Shown here: piece by piece, positions 27,531 to 36,885 of the stretch
How positions within the stretch are numbered: the first letter of the stretch is position 1
How the letters are laid out: each line of letters begins with the position of its first letter
Source of the DNA: Thermoplasmata archaeon
GTDB taxonomy: Archaea > Thermoplasmatota > Thermoplasmata > Thermoplasmatales > GCA-001856825
Direction of reading: 5' to 3'
NCBI GenBank assembly: GCA_021797915.1
Contig: JAJZYT010000003.1
Span: 812-64,811, forward strand
Length of the DNA: 64,000 nt
Position numbers and translations under genes: made by a program
Notes under the pieces: generated by a model
Database searches by the model: none
What the model saw: only the letters and a program-made list of their open reading frames with translations
What the model was told of the DNA's origin: nothing

Positions 27531-28653
27531 CTTCCATTTCAGTTTCTTTTCTGCCCCTGATTACTATTACCTTTGTATGCCCTGCCTTTACGTCCTTCAG
27601 GTCGTTGGCCACTATCATATCTAGAGAATATTCAGACATTCTCTTCTTGGCTCGGGAGACAAGATCCTTCTTAGATACGCCGTATTCAGCCTTGAAACCA
27701 ACTATCACACCTTTGTACTTCTCCCTCAATCGCTTCAGGAACTTTGGCGTCGGCTTTAGTGTCATTGAAAATGGTTTGTCTGTGGGTATCTTCCCCCCAA
27801 TCTTGTTAGTTGTAAAATCCGACAGTGCAGCGGGGACGATTACTGCGTCACTTTTCTTTATCAAATCTATCATACCTACAAGGGATTCGAGATTTGTGAA
27901 TTTCTCATACTTCAGGAAGGGCGGAACCTCTACAGTTACATTTCCGAGTATCAGATTCACATCAGCTCCCATGTAGTAGGCCATTGTCGCAATGTCAATG
28001 GATGTTTCACCAGTTGAATTGTTCGATATCACCCTCACATCATCGATGTTTTCGTAACTGGAACCACCAATGACGAAGATTTTTTTACCTTTAAGCTCTG
28101 TATTTAGCACCCTTATGACCTTCGCAGCGATTAACCGATAATCGGCTATTTTCGCCTTCTCCTCCTCAATCTGTGGGTCAAGGAGGATGACACCGTATGA
28201 CTTTAAAACCTCAATATTCTTTCTAATTATTGGGTTTGTATACATATTGATATGCATAGCTGGAACGACTACTACTGGAATTTTCCCTAGTGCATTAGAA
28301 AAAACTGAAGTAACAGTTGAATCATCTATTCCAAGAGAAATCTTAGAAATTGTATTCGCAGTGGAGGGTGCGATCAAAAAAAGATCGGAATCTTCAACGA
28401 GTCTAACGTGCTCAATCGCCCCTGTGAGTTCTTCTACAACTCTTTTCCCAGAAGCATATTCCAGGCTGTATGGGTGAATTATCCTCTTTGCTGATTCAGT
28501 TATGATAGGGAATACCTCGGCTCCATGACGTCTAAGTTCGTGAATTAGACGCACGGATTCAACTGCTGAGATGGAGCCAGTGACTCCCAGAATAATCTTC
28601 TTATCCTTCAGCAGCGAAGTTTTTAGATTGAACTCCACTCCATTTTTTGGCAC
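27484..28653 (-). CDS. coaBC: bifunctional phosphopantothenoylcysteine decarboxylase/synthetase
   Basis: N-terminal flavoprotein domain (KKIILGVTGSISAVESV) and C-terminal synthetase domain (VIGGSSYENIDDVRVISNNSTG). Confidence 0.88.
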   Translation of the reverse strand: MPKNGVEFNLKTSLLKDKKIILGVTGSISAVESVRLIHELRRHGAEVFPIITESAKRIIHPYSLEYASGKRVVEELTGAIEHVRLVEDSDLFLIAPSTANTISKISLGIDDSTVTSVFSNALGKIPVVVVPAMHINMYTNPIIRKNIEVLKSYGVILLDPQIEEEKAKIADYRLIAAKVIRVLNTELKGKKIFVIGGSSYENIDDVRVISNNSTGETSIDIATMAYYMGADVNLILGNVTVEVPPFLKYEKFTNLESLVGMIDLIKKSDAVIVPAALSDFTTNKIGGKIPTDKPFSMTLKPTPKFLKRLREKYKGVIVGFKAEYGVSKKDLVSRAKKRMSEYSLDMIVANDLKDVKAGHTKVIVIRGRKETEMEGDKLEVAGRILKLLP

Positions 28654-28707
28654 TTGACTACATATTATTTACGATAAAAAATTTAATGTTGGTCGCCCTC
28701 TCTACCT

Positions 28708-30057
28708 ATGGAAGTAAAGGATACCCTCTCCGCCACTATGAAAACTGTGGAAACAAGGGAAGGAAAGAGGATGAACATGTTTGTGTGCGGACCAACAGTT
28801 CAAGACATACCGCACATGGGACATGCAAGGACCTATGTTTTCTATGATGTTCTTGCAAGATATCTAAGGTACAAAGGGGTTAGGCTCTTTTATCTCATGA
28901 ATATAACAGACATCGAGGATCACATAATAACGAAGATGCAGGAGACCGGCCAGAGCTGGGAACAGATAACGGCAACGAATTCTGCCGAGTTCTTCAATAT
29001 CATGGGACGGCTAAAGAACAATTCCGTCAACTACTATGCATTTGCAACGGACTACATAGAGGAGATAATTTCTCAGATTTCAAGACTTATAAAGAGAGGA
29101 TACGCTTATGAGATTTCTGACGGAGTATACTATCGTGCAAGGAAATTCAAGGACTACGGAAAGCTTTCAAAACAGAATTTGGATCAGCTAATGACGGGGG
29201 CAAGGGTGGAGATCAACGAAGAAAAAGAAGATCCACTAGATTTTGCATTGTGGAAAAAGAAGAAGGTGGGGGAGCCTTTCTGGTCCAGTCCCTGGGGGGA
29301 AGGAAGACCGGGATGGCACATAGAGGATACAGCAATAACAGAATCCATTTTCGGTCCCAGGTATGACATTCATGGCGGTGCAAAGGACCTCATTTTCCCG
29401 CACCACGAGTCAGAGATAGCTCAGATGGAAGTCATATCCCGCAAGAAACCAATTGTGAAGTACTGGATTCATACGGGTCACCTGAACGTTGACGACATCA
29501 AGATGAGCAAGAGTCTCAAGAATTTCATCACTATTGAGGAATCTCTAAAGACATACTGGCCGGAAGCGATAAGGATAATGATGCTCTCGATACGCTATAA
29601 TTCTGCAGTGAACTTCGATGAAAAATCAATAATTGACGCGCAAGGGATTGCGGAGAAGATTTCCATACTTCAGCACAGGGTCAACGGCTCAGATGCAAGA
29701 AAGTCACAACATTCAAGTGAGATCGTTGGAAGACTGTTTGAGCCGATGGAGGACGACATGAACGTCCCTGAATCGATGGTGAGGATAGTCAGCTTTGTAA
29801 AAGATTCTCTTGCAAAGCCACACCTAGACGAAGAGGAAAAGGGTGAAATAAAATTTATTCTTGGGGAGATTGAGAAGGTTATAGGAATCGTCCATCTTCC
29901 GCCACTTCCCGAGAAATCGATGCAAGTTCTGTTGGATCTGAGGAACGAGATGAGGAAGGGGGGAGATTACGGATCTGCCGACAGGATAAGGGACTCGCTT
30001 AAATCTCTCGGAATTCATATAGAGGATACAGCAGAAGGGAGTTATCTATGGTGGTAG
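28708..30057 (+). CDS. cysS: cysteinyl-tRNA synthetase
   Basis: HIGH-type HMGHARTY and KMSKSLKN motifs; 449 aa. Confidence 0.92.
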   Translation: MEVKDTLSATMKTVETREGKRMNMFVCGPTVQDIPHMGHARTYVFYDVLARYLRYKGVRLFYLMNITDIEDHIITKMQETGQSWEQITATNSAEFFNIMGRLKNNSVNYYAFATDYIEEIISQISRLIKRGYAYEISDGVYYRARKFKDYGKLSKQNLDQLMTGARVEINEEKEDPLDFALWKKKKVGEPFWSSPWGEGRPGWHIEDTAITESIFGPRYDIHGGAKDLIFPHHESEIAQMEVISRKKPIVKYWIHTGHLNVDDIKMSKSLKNFITIEESLKTYWPEAIRIMMLSIRYNSAVNFDEKSIIDAQGIAEKISILQHRVNGSDARKSQHSSEIVGRLFEPMEDDMNVPESMVRIVSFVKDSLAKPHLDEEEKGEIKFILGEIEKVIGIVHLPPLPEKSMQVLLDLRNEMRKGGDYGSADRIRDSLKSLGIHIEDTAEGSYLWW

Positions 30058-30575
30058 AATTTGACGTCATTGTTTCAATAGACCTGATCAATGATTTTGT
30101 CACTGGAAAACTTGGGCGTCCTAAATTCAAGAAAGTGGTGAAGGCAACTAGGGAGTTGATAGAGGGGAGCAGAAAGTTCACTGTTCTTGTGCAGGACTCA
30201 CATTCAAAGGGTGATCCGGAAATCAGGGTCTGGGGAAATCATGCTATGGAGGGAAAGAAGGGTTCTGAGACTGTCCCAGAACTGAAGGGGATAGCGCAGG
30301 TGATAAAGAAGCATACCTACGATGCTTTCTTCAATACGAATCTAGAGGACGTCCTAGTTAAACATGGTGTGAAGAGGGCAATATTCTGTGGGGTGGTTAC
30401 CGATATATGCATCGTTCACTCAGTAGCTTCAGCTTTCTTCAGAGGATTCCGTCCCATAATTGTTGAGGAATGTACGGATGCATACTCTCCAACCGAAAAG
30501 AAAAGGGTTCTTGAATACATGAGGAAGAATTACGGAGCAAAAATAATATCACTCACGGATATTCTTCCAAAATGA
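30048..30575 (+). CDS. pncA: nicotinamidase/pyrazinamidase (isochorismatase family)
   Basis: SIDLINDF and GVVTDICIVHS catalytic Cys context. It overlaps cysS and the NAPRTase gene on either side. Confidence 0.8.
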   Translation: MVVEFDVIVSIDLINDFVTGKLGRPKFKKVVKATRELIEGSRKFTVLVQDSHSKGDPEIRVWGNHAMEGKKGSETVPELKGIAQVIKKHTYDAFFNTNLEDVLVKHGVKRAIFCGVVTDICIVHSVASAFFRGFRPIIVEECTDAYSPTEKKRVLEYMRKNYGAKIISLTDILPK

Positions 30576-31735
30576 AAAATATAGCTTCCGTTGAGGAAAT
30601 CACAAGTCTGAAGACTACGGATATTTATTTCATCAGGGCCAGGGAAGTCTTGAAGAAGATCGGTTTCAATCCTCGGGTTGTGATGGAAATCACGTGTTCC
30701 TCAAGGGAGCTGCCATGGATAGCTCTGTCAGGCCTCGATGACCTGACCTCATTACTCAAGGGAAAGAAGGTCGATGTTTATGCCCTTCCAGAGGGAACTG
30801 TCTTTCCTTCGAGGGACGTTAACGGCATACCCATACCCGCGGTGAAGATCGTTGGAAAATACCTTGATTTTGGGATGCTCGAGACTCCAATGTTAGGTGC
30901 TCTTTCGCAGGCATCAGGTATCGCGACCAAGGCATCATATTTCAAGAAGAGAATAGGCAACATCCCTCTCCTATCTTTTGGAGTGAGAAGGATGCATCCT
31001 GCCCTCGCACCTCTGATAGACAGGAACTCGTATCTTGGGGGATGCGACAAGGTATCAAGCATAATTGGTGCAGAGAGGATTGGACTAAAGGCAGAGGGGA
31101 CAATGCCTCATTCCCTGCTTCTCCTCGTAGGAGAGGAAAGGGGGTGGAAGCTCTATGACGAAGTTATAGAGATTGGGGCAGTCAGAGTAGCTTTGGTAGA
31201 CACATACGGTGATGAGAAAGAGTCTTCTCTACGAGCCGCTGAAGCCATAAAGGGGCTAAATGCAGTAAGGTTGGATACTCCATCTTCTAGAAGGGGAAAT
31301 TTCGCAGATATAATCAGAGAAGTGAGGTGGGAGCTTGACAGACACGGAAAGAGGAACGTCGGTATCATAGTGTCAGGTGGAATTAAGGAAGATGATATCG
31401 AGGAACTTAAGAAAGCTGGGGCTTCAGGATTCGGAATCGGAACGGCAATCTCAAGCGCAGCTGCGATAGATTTTGCAATGGACATAGTCAAAATAGAGAG
31501 AAAAGATAAGACAAAGAAGGGTAAGTATTCCGGAAGCAAAAACGTATTCAGATGCAAGAAATGCCATTCTTTCCTAGTATCCGTTAATGCCGAAGAAAAA
31601 TGCCAAAAAGACGGGTCTAACATGGAGAGCGTCTTTGAGAAAATTGTTGATAAAGGAAAAGTGGTCTACAAGGAAAAACTGAGGGAGAGCAGAGAGTACG
31701 TCTTAAAGCAGCTAGGGTGGTTTGAATTATCCTAG
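30572..31735 (+). CDS. pncB: nicotinate phosphoribosyltransferase (archaeal type)
   Basis: 387 aa with NAPRTase-like core segments (GTMPHSLLL, VRLDTPSSRRG). Coupled to pncA by ATGA. Confidence 0.78.
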   Translation: MKNIASVEEITSLKTTDIYFIRAREVLKKIGFNPRVVMEITCSSRELPWIALSGLDDLTSLLKGKKVDVYALPEGTVFPSRDVNGIPIPAVKIVGKYLDFGMLETPMLGALSQASGIATKASYFKKRIGNIPLLSFGVRRMHPALAPLIDRNSYLGGCDKVSSIIGAERIGLKAEGTMPHSLLLLVGEERGWKLYDEVIEIGAVRVALVDTYGDEKESSLRAAEAIKGLNAVRLDTPSSRRGNFADIIREVRWELDRHGKRNVGIIVSGGIKEDDIEELKKAGASGFGIGTAISSAAAIDFAMDIVKIERKDKTKKGKYSGSKNVFRCKKCHSFLVSVNAEEKCQKDGSNMESVFEKIVDKGKVVYKEKLRESREYVLKQLGWFELS

Positions 31736-32301
31736 TTTCTGGATTTAAGCCTTATTCGAAATTCAAGAGAAATCCCTCAGGAGAGATAGCAGAACTTCTG
31801 GACGGTTCTTATTTCAAAGGAAGGGAAGTAGTTGGTTTGAATCTGGAAGTAAAGCACTCTGACTTAGATAAAGAATATCTTGAGGAAATCAAGAAGGATT
31901 ACGACGCAATAATCAACACTGGAATATCACCAGGCAGGAATGCGATCAGTGTTGAGAAAATTGCCTTAAACTGGCAGGATGATATGAAGGATGAGGACGG
32001 TCTCTCTGCAAGAGTGGGACGAATTGTGAAGGATGCGCCGGATGGTCTCTTTTCCAGGCTCCAGACGGAGGAAATTTTGCACTCTCTGAGGTCGGCAAAG
32101 ATTCCATCCGAGCTATCATTCTTAGCGGGGACGTTCGTCTGCAACAAGATTTTCTATTATTCTCTATATTACACAAAGGCGAAGGCGGGGTTCATACATT
32201 TTCCGCTAGATTCGGAGAGTTCGTTCGATGGAAGATACCCTACCATGAGCATAGACAATATGATAAAATCTATTGAAATGGTTATTCAGAAGACGATATA
32301 G
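31726..32301 (+). CDS. pcp: pyrrolidone-carboxylate peptidase (pyroglutamyl peptidase I), apparent non-canonical start
   Basis: The track ORF (31837, TTG) lacks the conserved N-terminus. The same frame upstream reads IILVSGFKPYSKFKRNPSGEIAELLDG, which matches the Pcp consensus (M)KVLVTGFEPFGG..NPS. The frame opens at ATT 31726, right after an in-frame TGA. Catalytic contexts EKIALN, GTFVCN and GFIHFP are present. Confidence 0.8.
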   Translation: MILVSGFKPYSKFKRNPSGEIAELLDGSYFKGREVVGLNLEVKHSDLDKEYLEEIKKDYDAIINTGISPGRNAISVEKIALNWQDDMKDEDGLSARVGRIVKDAPDGLFSRLQTEEILHSLRSAKIPSELSFLAGTFVCNKIFYYSLYYTKAKAGFIHFPLDSESSFDGRYPTMSIDNMIKSIEMVIQKTI

Positions 32302-32302
32302 C

Positions 32303-32452
32303 CTACTGGCCGCCTCTCTTTTCCTTAGCCTTCATTCTAAGTTCGTGACTGCCGCACTTCCTGCAGGTGGTGGATCTAACCGGGTTGGACGCATAACAGT
32401 TCATGCATATTTTCTTGTTGAATAGTCTGTCGGTCGCTTCCTTGAAAGGCAT
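32303..32452 (-). CDS. rpl40e: 50S ribosomal protein L40e
   Basis: 49-aa ORF absent from the track: [49 protein letters not shown]. It has the L40e zinc-ribbon pattern C..C...C..C. Confidence 0.85.
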   Translation of the reverse strand: MPFKEATDRLFNKKICMNCYASNPVRSTTCRKCGSHELRMKAKEKRGGQ

Positions 32453-32632
32453 TCGTTCGTAATCAGCACTCTATATAAATTCTCTTCCATTTTGACAACG
32501 AAGAGTCGTTCTTCAAGATCACCGGACAATTATCAAGAAAATTAGGAGTCCGTAAGTTAGTAGACTGAACTCAATTCTCCAGTAAGCTCGCATCTGGGAA
32601 AATTTTTAATAAATATTTCAATTCAAATAGGA

Positions 32633-33184
32633 ATGTCAAGGGGTACATTGAAACTGGTAATTTTCGCAACATTTTCTTCGGTATTCACTGTACTTACAGT
32701 TCTCTTGGCAATTCATTCAACTTCAAGTATTTCGGTTCACAATTCGAGGTCAACAACAGTTGTTAATGGAGCGAGCCAGGTCGAGTTCATGTCTTCATTT
32801 TTCCCAACGAGTTTGGGCATATCGGTTATCGGATGGCTACTGACTGGATATGAACTGTTTACAGAAAGAAGAAAGGAAATTTCACGAATAATCAGGATCA
32901 CGTTTTCAGGAAGGAGAGACCACTGGAACCTTTATAATATCTTTAAAGGGAAGGGAGGGATCAGGAGATTGACGATTCTCGAAACACTTAGCGTACCAAG
33001 ACAGAGGAACGAGGTTGCAAGGATTACAAACACGGACTGGAAGGAAGTCGACAGAAACATCAGAATCCTGGAGTCAGCGAATCTGATTAAGACAGCAGTT
33101 TCCAAGACTCCATTTCCTTTGTATGTTCTTACTGAAGAAGGGAAGGATCTTCTAGAAACGATTTCGAAAGTTGTAGGTAGTTAA
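32633..33184 (+). CDS. membrane-anchored ArsR-like wHTH protein
   Basis: Two N-terminal TM helices, followed by RRLTILETLSVPRQRNEVARITNTDWKEVDRNIRILESANLIK...YVLTEEGKDLLE. Confidence 0.65.
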   Translation: MSRGTLKLVIFATFSSVFTVLTVLLAIHSTSSISVHNSRSTTVVNGASQVEFMSSFFPTSLGISVIGWLLTGYELFTERRKEISRIIRITFSGRRDHWNLYNIFKGKGGIRRLTILETLSVPRQRNEVARITNTDWKEVDRNIRILESANLIKTAVSKTPFPLYVLTEEGKDLLETISKVVGS

Positions 33185-33243
33185 CTGCATCTGATTGATT
33201 CCTTCAAGGAAAACAATAATACTACGCGCGACTTCTAGCCTAA

Positions 33244-34608
33244 GTGGAGCACAACGTCGGCTTTTCTGGCTCTTTCATGCAGTCCTTTACATCCATTGGC
33301 CCAATGTTAGATATTGCAGCATTGTTCTCCGCGATAGCAGTTTATTCTGGACCCTATCTTGGAATCGTCATGTTGATTTCATTCCTCGCAGCCTTGACAA
33401 CGATCTATGTTGTTTGGAACTTATCGAAACGTTTCCAGTCTAATGGGGGTTATTATCTGTTTGCAGGGAAAACGTTGGGTAAAGGAGTGGGAATTACGAC
33501 CTCATTTGTGTATGCTGCGTACGCACTTCTGGTCATACCAAACATTGCCCTTTTCGTTTCTTTCTTCATCCTTCACTTATTCAGTGTTACCGCTCCGGCT
33601 GCTACAATCTTGAGTTTTGGTATCCCGTTACTCTTCCTTCTTGTACTCTTCGGTATAATCTCGTTAGGGTTGGGGAGATCAATAAAATACACAATAGGTG
33701 CTGGCATAGTAGAGATGGTATTCATCGTGTTGCTGGATACATTGTTCCTTAAGAATGCCGCCTCATTTTCATTCCAGATATTTCCAACAACAATGAGCGG
33801 GGCATATTCGGTCTTTAGCGGCGTCGTCTTCGGAATACTCGCTTTCGCCGGAATGGAATCACCTCTGTACCTCTCTGAAGACACGAGGAAGAGATCCTCC
33901 ACAGTTCCCCGGGCGCTGATATTTTCTTACGCAATCACGGGTATCCTGTTAATCGTCTCTGCATTCTCTATTATGGCCTACCTTGGAAAGGCAGGACTTG
34001 CAGCGTACACCTCGAATCCTTTCTATGTGAACAGTTCCATTAGGTCTTCATTCGGAATGGCTGCATACACGATGTTTGCCATATTGGCTATACTGAGTTC
34101 AATGAATCTATGTGTAGCTTACTCGAACGCGGTGCTGAATGAGATCAGAAGAATGGTCAAGGATGGAATCCTTTGGAAGATAAGTACGAGCAACCACAGT
34201 ATAATCCTATTGTTCTTTCTATTGGAAGGCGCTATAATTGTTGTCACTAATTTATTCCTTGGAAATTTTGTAGGATTCATAATGATTGCAGCGGTGGTGT
34301 CGTTCTCATATATGCTGATTCAGATCATCGGAGGATTCTCATTGATCAAACTTTCAATGGGGATCAGGAGTGCAAGAACCTTTTCGGTTGCAGTAATTTC
34401 CACTTTGATCTTGGGCGTTACTTTCGTATTTTCATTTATTGCAGATGTGGGACCTAGGAGCCCGACCAGACTGTCCATTCTCGCAGTCATTGTTCTAGTT
34501 CTTGCATCCGTACTCGTTTCTCTTTTTGGAAGCACCAAAGCCCGCAAGTGGTACAACAGCGTGGAAATGTTGAACAAACTAGAAATCAAAGACGCGGACA
34601 ATCAGTGA
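33244..34608 (+). CDS. APC-superfamily amino acid/polyamine permease
   Basis: 454 aa with about 12 TM helices and an APC-like N-terminal segment (FMQSFTSIGPMLDIAALF). GTG start; the exact start is uncertain. Confidence 0.75.
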   Translation: MEHNVGFSGSFMQSFTSIGPMLDIAALFSAIAVYSGPYLGIVMLISFLAALTTIYVVWNLSKRFQSNGGYYLFAGKTLGKGVGITTSFVYAAYALLVIPNIALFVSFFILHLFSVTAPAATILSFGIPLLFLLVLFGIISLGLGRSIKYTIGAGIVEMVFIVLLDTLFLKNAASFSFQIFPTTMSGAYSVFSGVVFGILAFAGMESPLYLSEDTRKRSSTVPRALIFSYAITGILLIVSAFSIMAYLGKAGLAAYTSNPFYVNSSIRSSFGMAAYTMFAILAILSSMNLCVAYSNAVLNEIRRMVKDGILWKISTSNHSIILLFFLLEGAIIVVTNLFLGNFVGFIMIAAVVSFSYMLIQIIGGFSLIKLSMGIRSARTFSVAVISTLILGVTFVFSFIADVGPRSPTRLSILAVIVLVLASVLVSLFGSTKARKWYNSVEMLNKLEIKDADNQ

Positions 34609-34611
34609 CGA

Positions 34612-34684
34612 AGCCACCGGAGGGAATCGATCCCCCGACCTGCTGATTACAAATCAGCTGCTCTACCGACTGAGCTACGGTGGC
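34612..34684 (-). tRNA. tRNA-Thr (anticodon UGU)
   Basis: Hand-folded cloverleaf:
- Acceptor GCCACCG/CGGUGGC.
- D arm GCUC-AGUCGGUA-GAGC.
- Anticodon arm GCUGA-UUUGUAA-UCAGC.
- T arm GGGGG-AUCGAUU-CCCUC.
- 73 nt, no encoded CCA. Confidence 0.9.
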
Positions 34685-34836
34685 AATTAGGAAGCTTCTG
34701 AACATCCTACGATTATTTTATCCTTTTCGTTCCGTGATTAGTATTTCGCTGTTTGCAGTTATCGAATAGTCCATTGTTAATAAACATAAGACGGGTGAAA
34801 TGAGTCAAAACTTTTCTCGGTATGTTTGTATCACCA

Positions 34837-34921
34837 CGCCGAGGGGGAGATTTGAACTCCCGAGCTCTCGCGAGCAATAGATCTCGAATCTATCGCCTTG
34901 GCCGGGCTAGGCTACCTCGGC
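34837..34921 (-). tRNA. tRNA-Ser (anticodon CGA)
   Basis: Hand-folded cloverleaf:
- Acceptor GCCGAGG/CCUCGGC.
- Anticodon arm AUAGA-UUCGAGA-UCUAU.
- 15-nt long variable arm.
- T arm GGGAG-UUCAAAU-CUCCC.
- 85 nt. Confidence 0.9.
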
Positions 34922-35136
34922 ATAAATTGCTGATTGGAAAAGACTATGAGAATTTAACCGTTTGTGAATTCCTTTTAATTAGCAATGGAATGCTTCACCG
35001 AATTCTTGATGAGAATGAAAGCCGGATTCAACAATATCAGGAGAATATCGTTCAACGGAGGAGAAGAATTTGGGAAACGAGAACTCTCTTATCTCCAATA
35101 AGGGGCAAAGGAGGAAAGTCATAACACAATATTGGC

Positions 35137-35415
35137 GTGGGTGGAGAAGGGGGTAAAGTCACAGGAAAACACAGATATAATGACGGTGCTAAATCGCATT
35201 CAATGATGAGATCCCAAGTGACTACGATTCACCGATCATTCCGTGAGGGATGGCCTTCTAGTATTATGGACGATGAAGGTGCAATGCGAAACGCCAATGC
35301 GTTTTTTAATGCTGAAAAGGTTGCAGGAACTATCTCGCAAGAGCAATTCTGTCCAGACTCAGAGGTGAAGAGCAACATATTAGCGATAGTATCGAATCAA
35401 CGAGATGATCAATAA
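35137..35415 (+). CDS. hypothetical ORF (92 aa from GTG; 70 aa from ATG 35203), doubtful
   Basis: Its stop TAA directly abuts the ATG of the next gene (TAAATG at 35413-35418). No recognisable domain. It lies in a poorly coding patch next to tRNA genes. Confidence 0.3.
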   Translation: MGGEGGKVTGKHRYNDGAKSHSMMRSQVTTIHRSFREGWPSSIMDDEGAMRNANAFFNAEKVAGTISQEQFCPDSEVKSNILAIVSNQRDDQ

Positions 35416-35970
35416 ATGGTCAAGTTGGAGGAAAATTCAGCTCTAGTTGTAATAGATGTGCAAAAAGTCTGGTCAGAGCCAATCTTCGGAAAAAGGAACA
35501 ATCCTGATGCAGAAAAGGTGATAGCTGGATTGATGGGAAAATTCAGGGAGAGCGGAAGAACGATCATTCATGTAAGACACGACTCCTTAAACCCTGATTC
35601 ACTCTTCAAGCAAGGGAAACCAACGTTCGATTTCAAGGATGAGGTAAAACCATTGCATAATGAGAAAGTTATAACGAAGCACGTGAATAGCGCATTTATC
35701 GGAACAGATCTTGAAAGTCATCTCCGGAAAATTGGCAACCCTCAGGTATATTATGTTGGGTTGGTGACGGATCACTGTGTGAGCACCACTGTAAGGATGT
35801 CAGGAAATTTGGGATTCAGGAGTTATGTCATTGAAGATGCGTGTGCTACATACGACAGGACAGATTCAAAGGGTAATGTCATCCCAGCAGAAGAGGTGCA
35901 CAGGACAAATCTCGCTTCAATAGATGGCGAGTTTGCGGAAGTCATAGAATCCAGCGAACTGAATTTATGA
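35416..35970 (+). CDS. isochorismatase-family cysteine hydrolase
   Basis: ALVVIDVQKVW and GLVTDHCVSTT motifs; 184 aa. Paralogous fold to pncA at 30048. Confidence 0.82.
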   Translation: MVKLEENSALVVIDVQKVWSEPIFGKRNNPDAEKVIAGLMGKFRESGRTIIHVRHDSLNPDSLFKQGKPTFDFKDEVKPLHNEKVITKHVNSAFIGTDLESHLRKIGNPQVYYVGLVTDHCVSTTVRMSGNLGFRSYVIEDACATYDRTDSKGNVIPAEEVHRTNLASIDGEFAEVIESSELNL

Positions 35971-36217
35971 CCAATAATCTTTGAAGAGCAGATATGGTTT
36001 GAATTGGTCAACGTTTAACAGGAATTATGAAGTGATCCAGGCACACTTCGTGTCGTAGCACAGGGATTGCAATTCTTTGACACCGAGTCGTTGCGCTTCT
36101 CCTTGTATTACTTCTGAATCCCAAGAAATGTTAATTCAAAATCGCTTATTTGATTCTATCCCTTCTTCCATGGAAAGAGTCTTAAAAAATATTGTTTTAA
36201 GGCAATTACGAGAACCT

Positions 36218-36613
36218 TCACGCATTCGGTACAGAGTCTTTCGAAGCTCGCATAAAGGATCCCTTAAACTTTAACCCATAGAAAGCGAGAGTTATAACAG
36301 AGGCAATAATGAGAGCAGTCCATAGCACAATCATAAAGTGGTCTACTCCCATCAGTTGACCAACTACAGCCGCCCGCATATTCTGTGTAACAATACTATT
36401 CGTAGGGTGATAAACATCGGACCAATATAAAGGATAAAAAGTCTTGACAATATAACCTACTCCTGGAACGTAGTTGAATGGGAAGCCTGGATTAGCTATT
36501 CCTCTTGTCGAAACAAAATACCAAAGTTCAAGGATATAATAAAGAAATAGAGATTCGAGGACTATGAAGATTGATGTGCCTCTTATCAATCTGCCCTTAT
36601 TAGTATCCATCAA
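36218..36613 (-). CDS. hypothetical 2-4 TM membrane protein (single copy of a module duplicated in 50374..51147)
   Basis: 131 aa. The segment IFIVLESLFLYYILE...PGFPFNY...AFYGLKFK resembles both halves of the 257-aa protein at 50374. Confidence 0.55.
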   Translation of the reverse strand: MMDTNKGRLIRGTSIFIVLESLFLYYILELWYFVSTRGIANPGFPFNYVPGVGYIVKTFYPLYWSDVYHPTNSIVTQNMRAAVVGQLMGVDHFMIVLWTALIIASVITLAFYGLKFKGSFMRASKDSVPNA

Positions 36614-36813
36614 TAATAAAACAAAATGTAATACTTATATGTACTGTTTCAGTCAGTTCTGCAATTTGGAGCGTCTTCTGCCTGGAACTTGCACTGGGTA
36701 CTGCGCCGCTGGTCTTTTATCTACTGTTTATTCAGGAGAAAAGACAGACGGATCTTCAATTCTATGCACTGTTCCAAGGTGAAAGATTTGGAGTATTTAC
36801 TTACAAATCTAAG

Positions 36814-36885
36814 TGGACTGGCGGGGATTTGAACCCCGGACCTCCTGCTTGCAAAGCAGGCGATCTTCCGCTGATCTACCAGCCC
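36814..36885 (-). tRNA. tRNA-Ala (anticodon UGC)
   Basis: Hand-folded cloverleaf:
- Acceptor GGGCUGG/CCAGUCC with the G3-U70 alanine identity pair.
- Anticodon arm CCUGC-UUUGCAA-GCAGG.
- T arm CGGGG-UUCAAAU-CCCCG.
- 72 nt. Confidence 0.92.

Noticed and set aside
34822-35124. 100-aa + strand ORF.
   Set aside because: Its first 100 nt are the antisense of tRNA-Ser(CGA). Its composition is R/L-rich and it has no motifs.
35203-35209. C-box-like ATGATGA, which would suggest a C/D box sRNA.
   Set aside because: There is no CUGA D or D' box at the appropriate spacing downstream, and no terminal stem.
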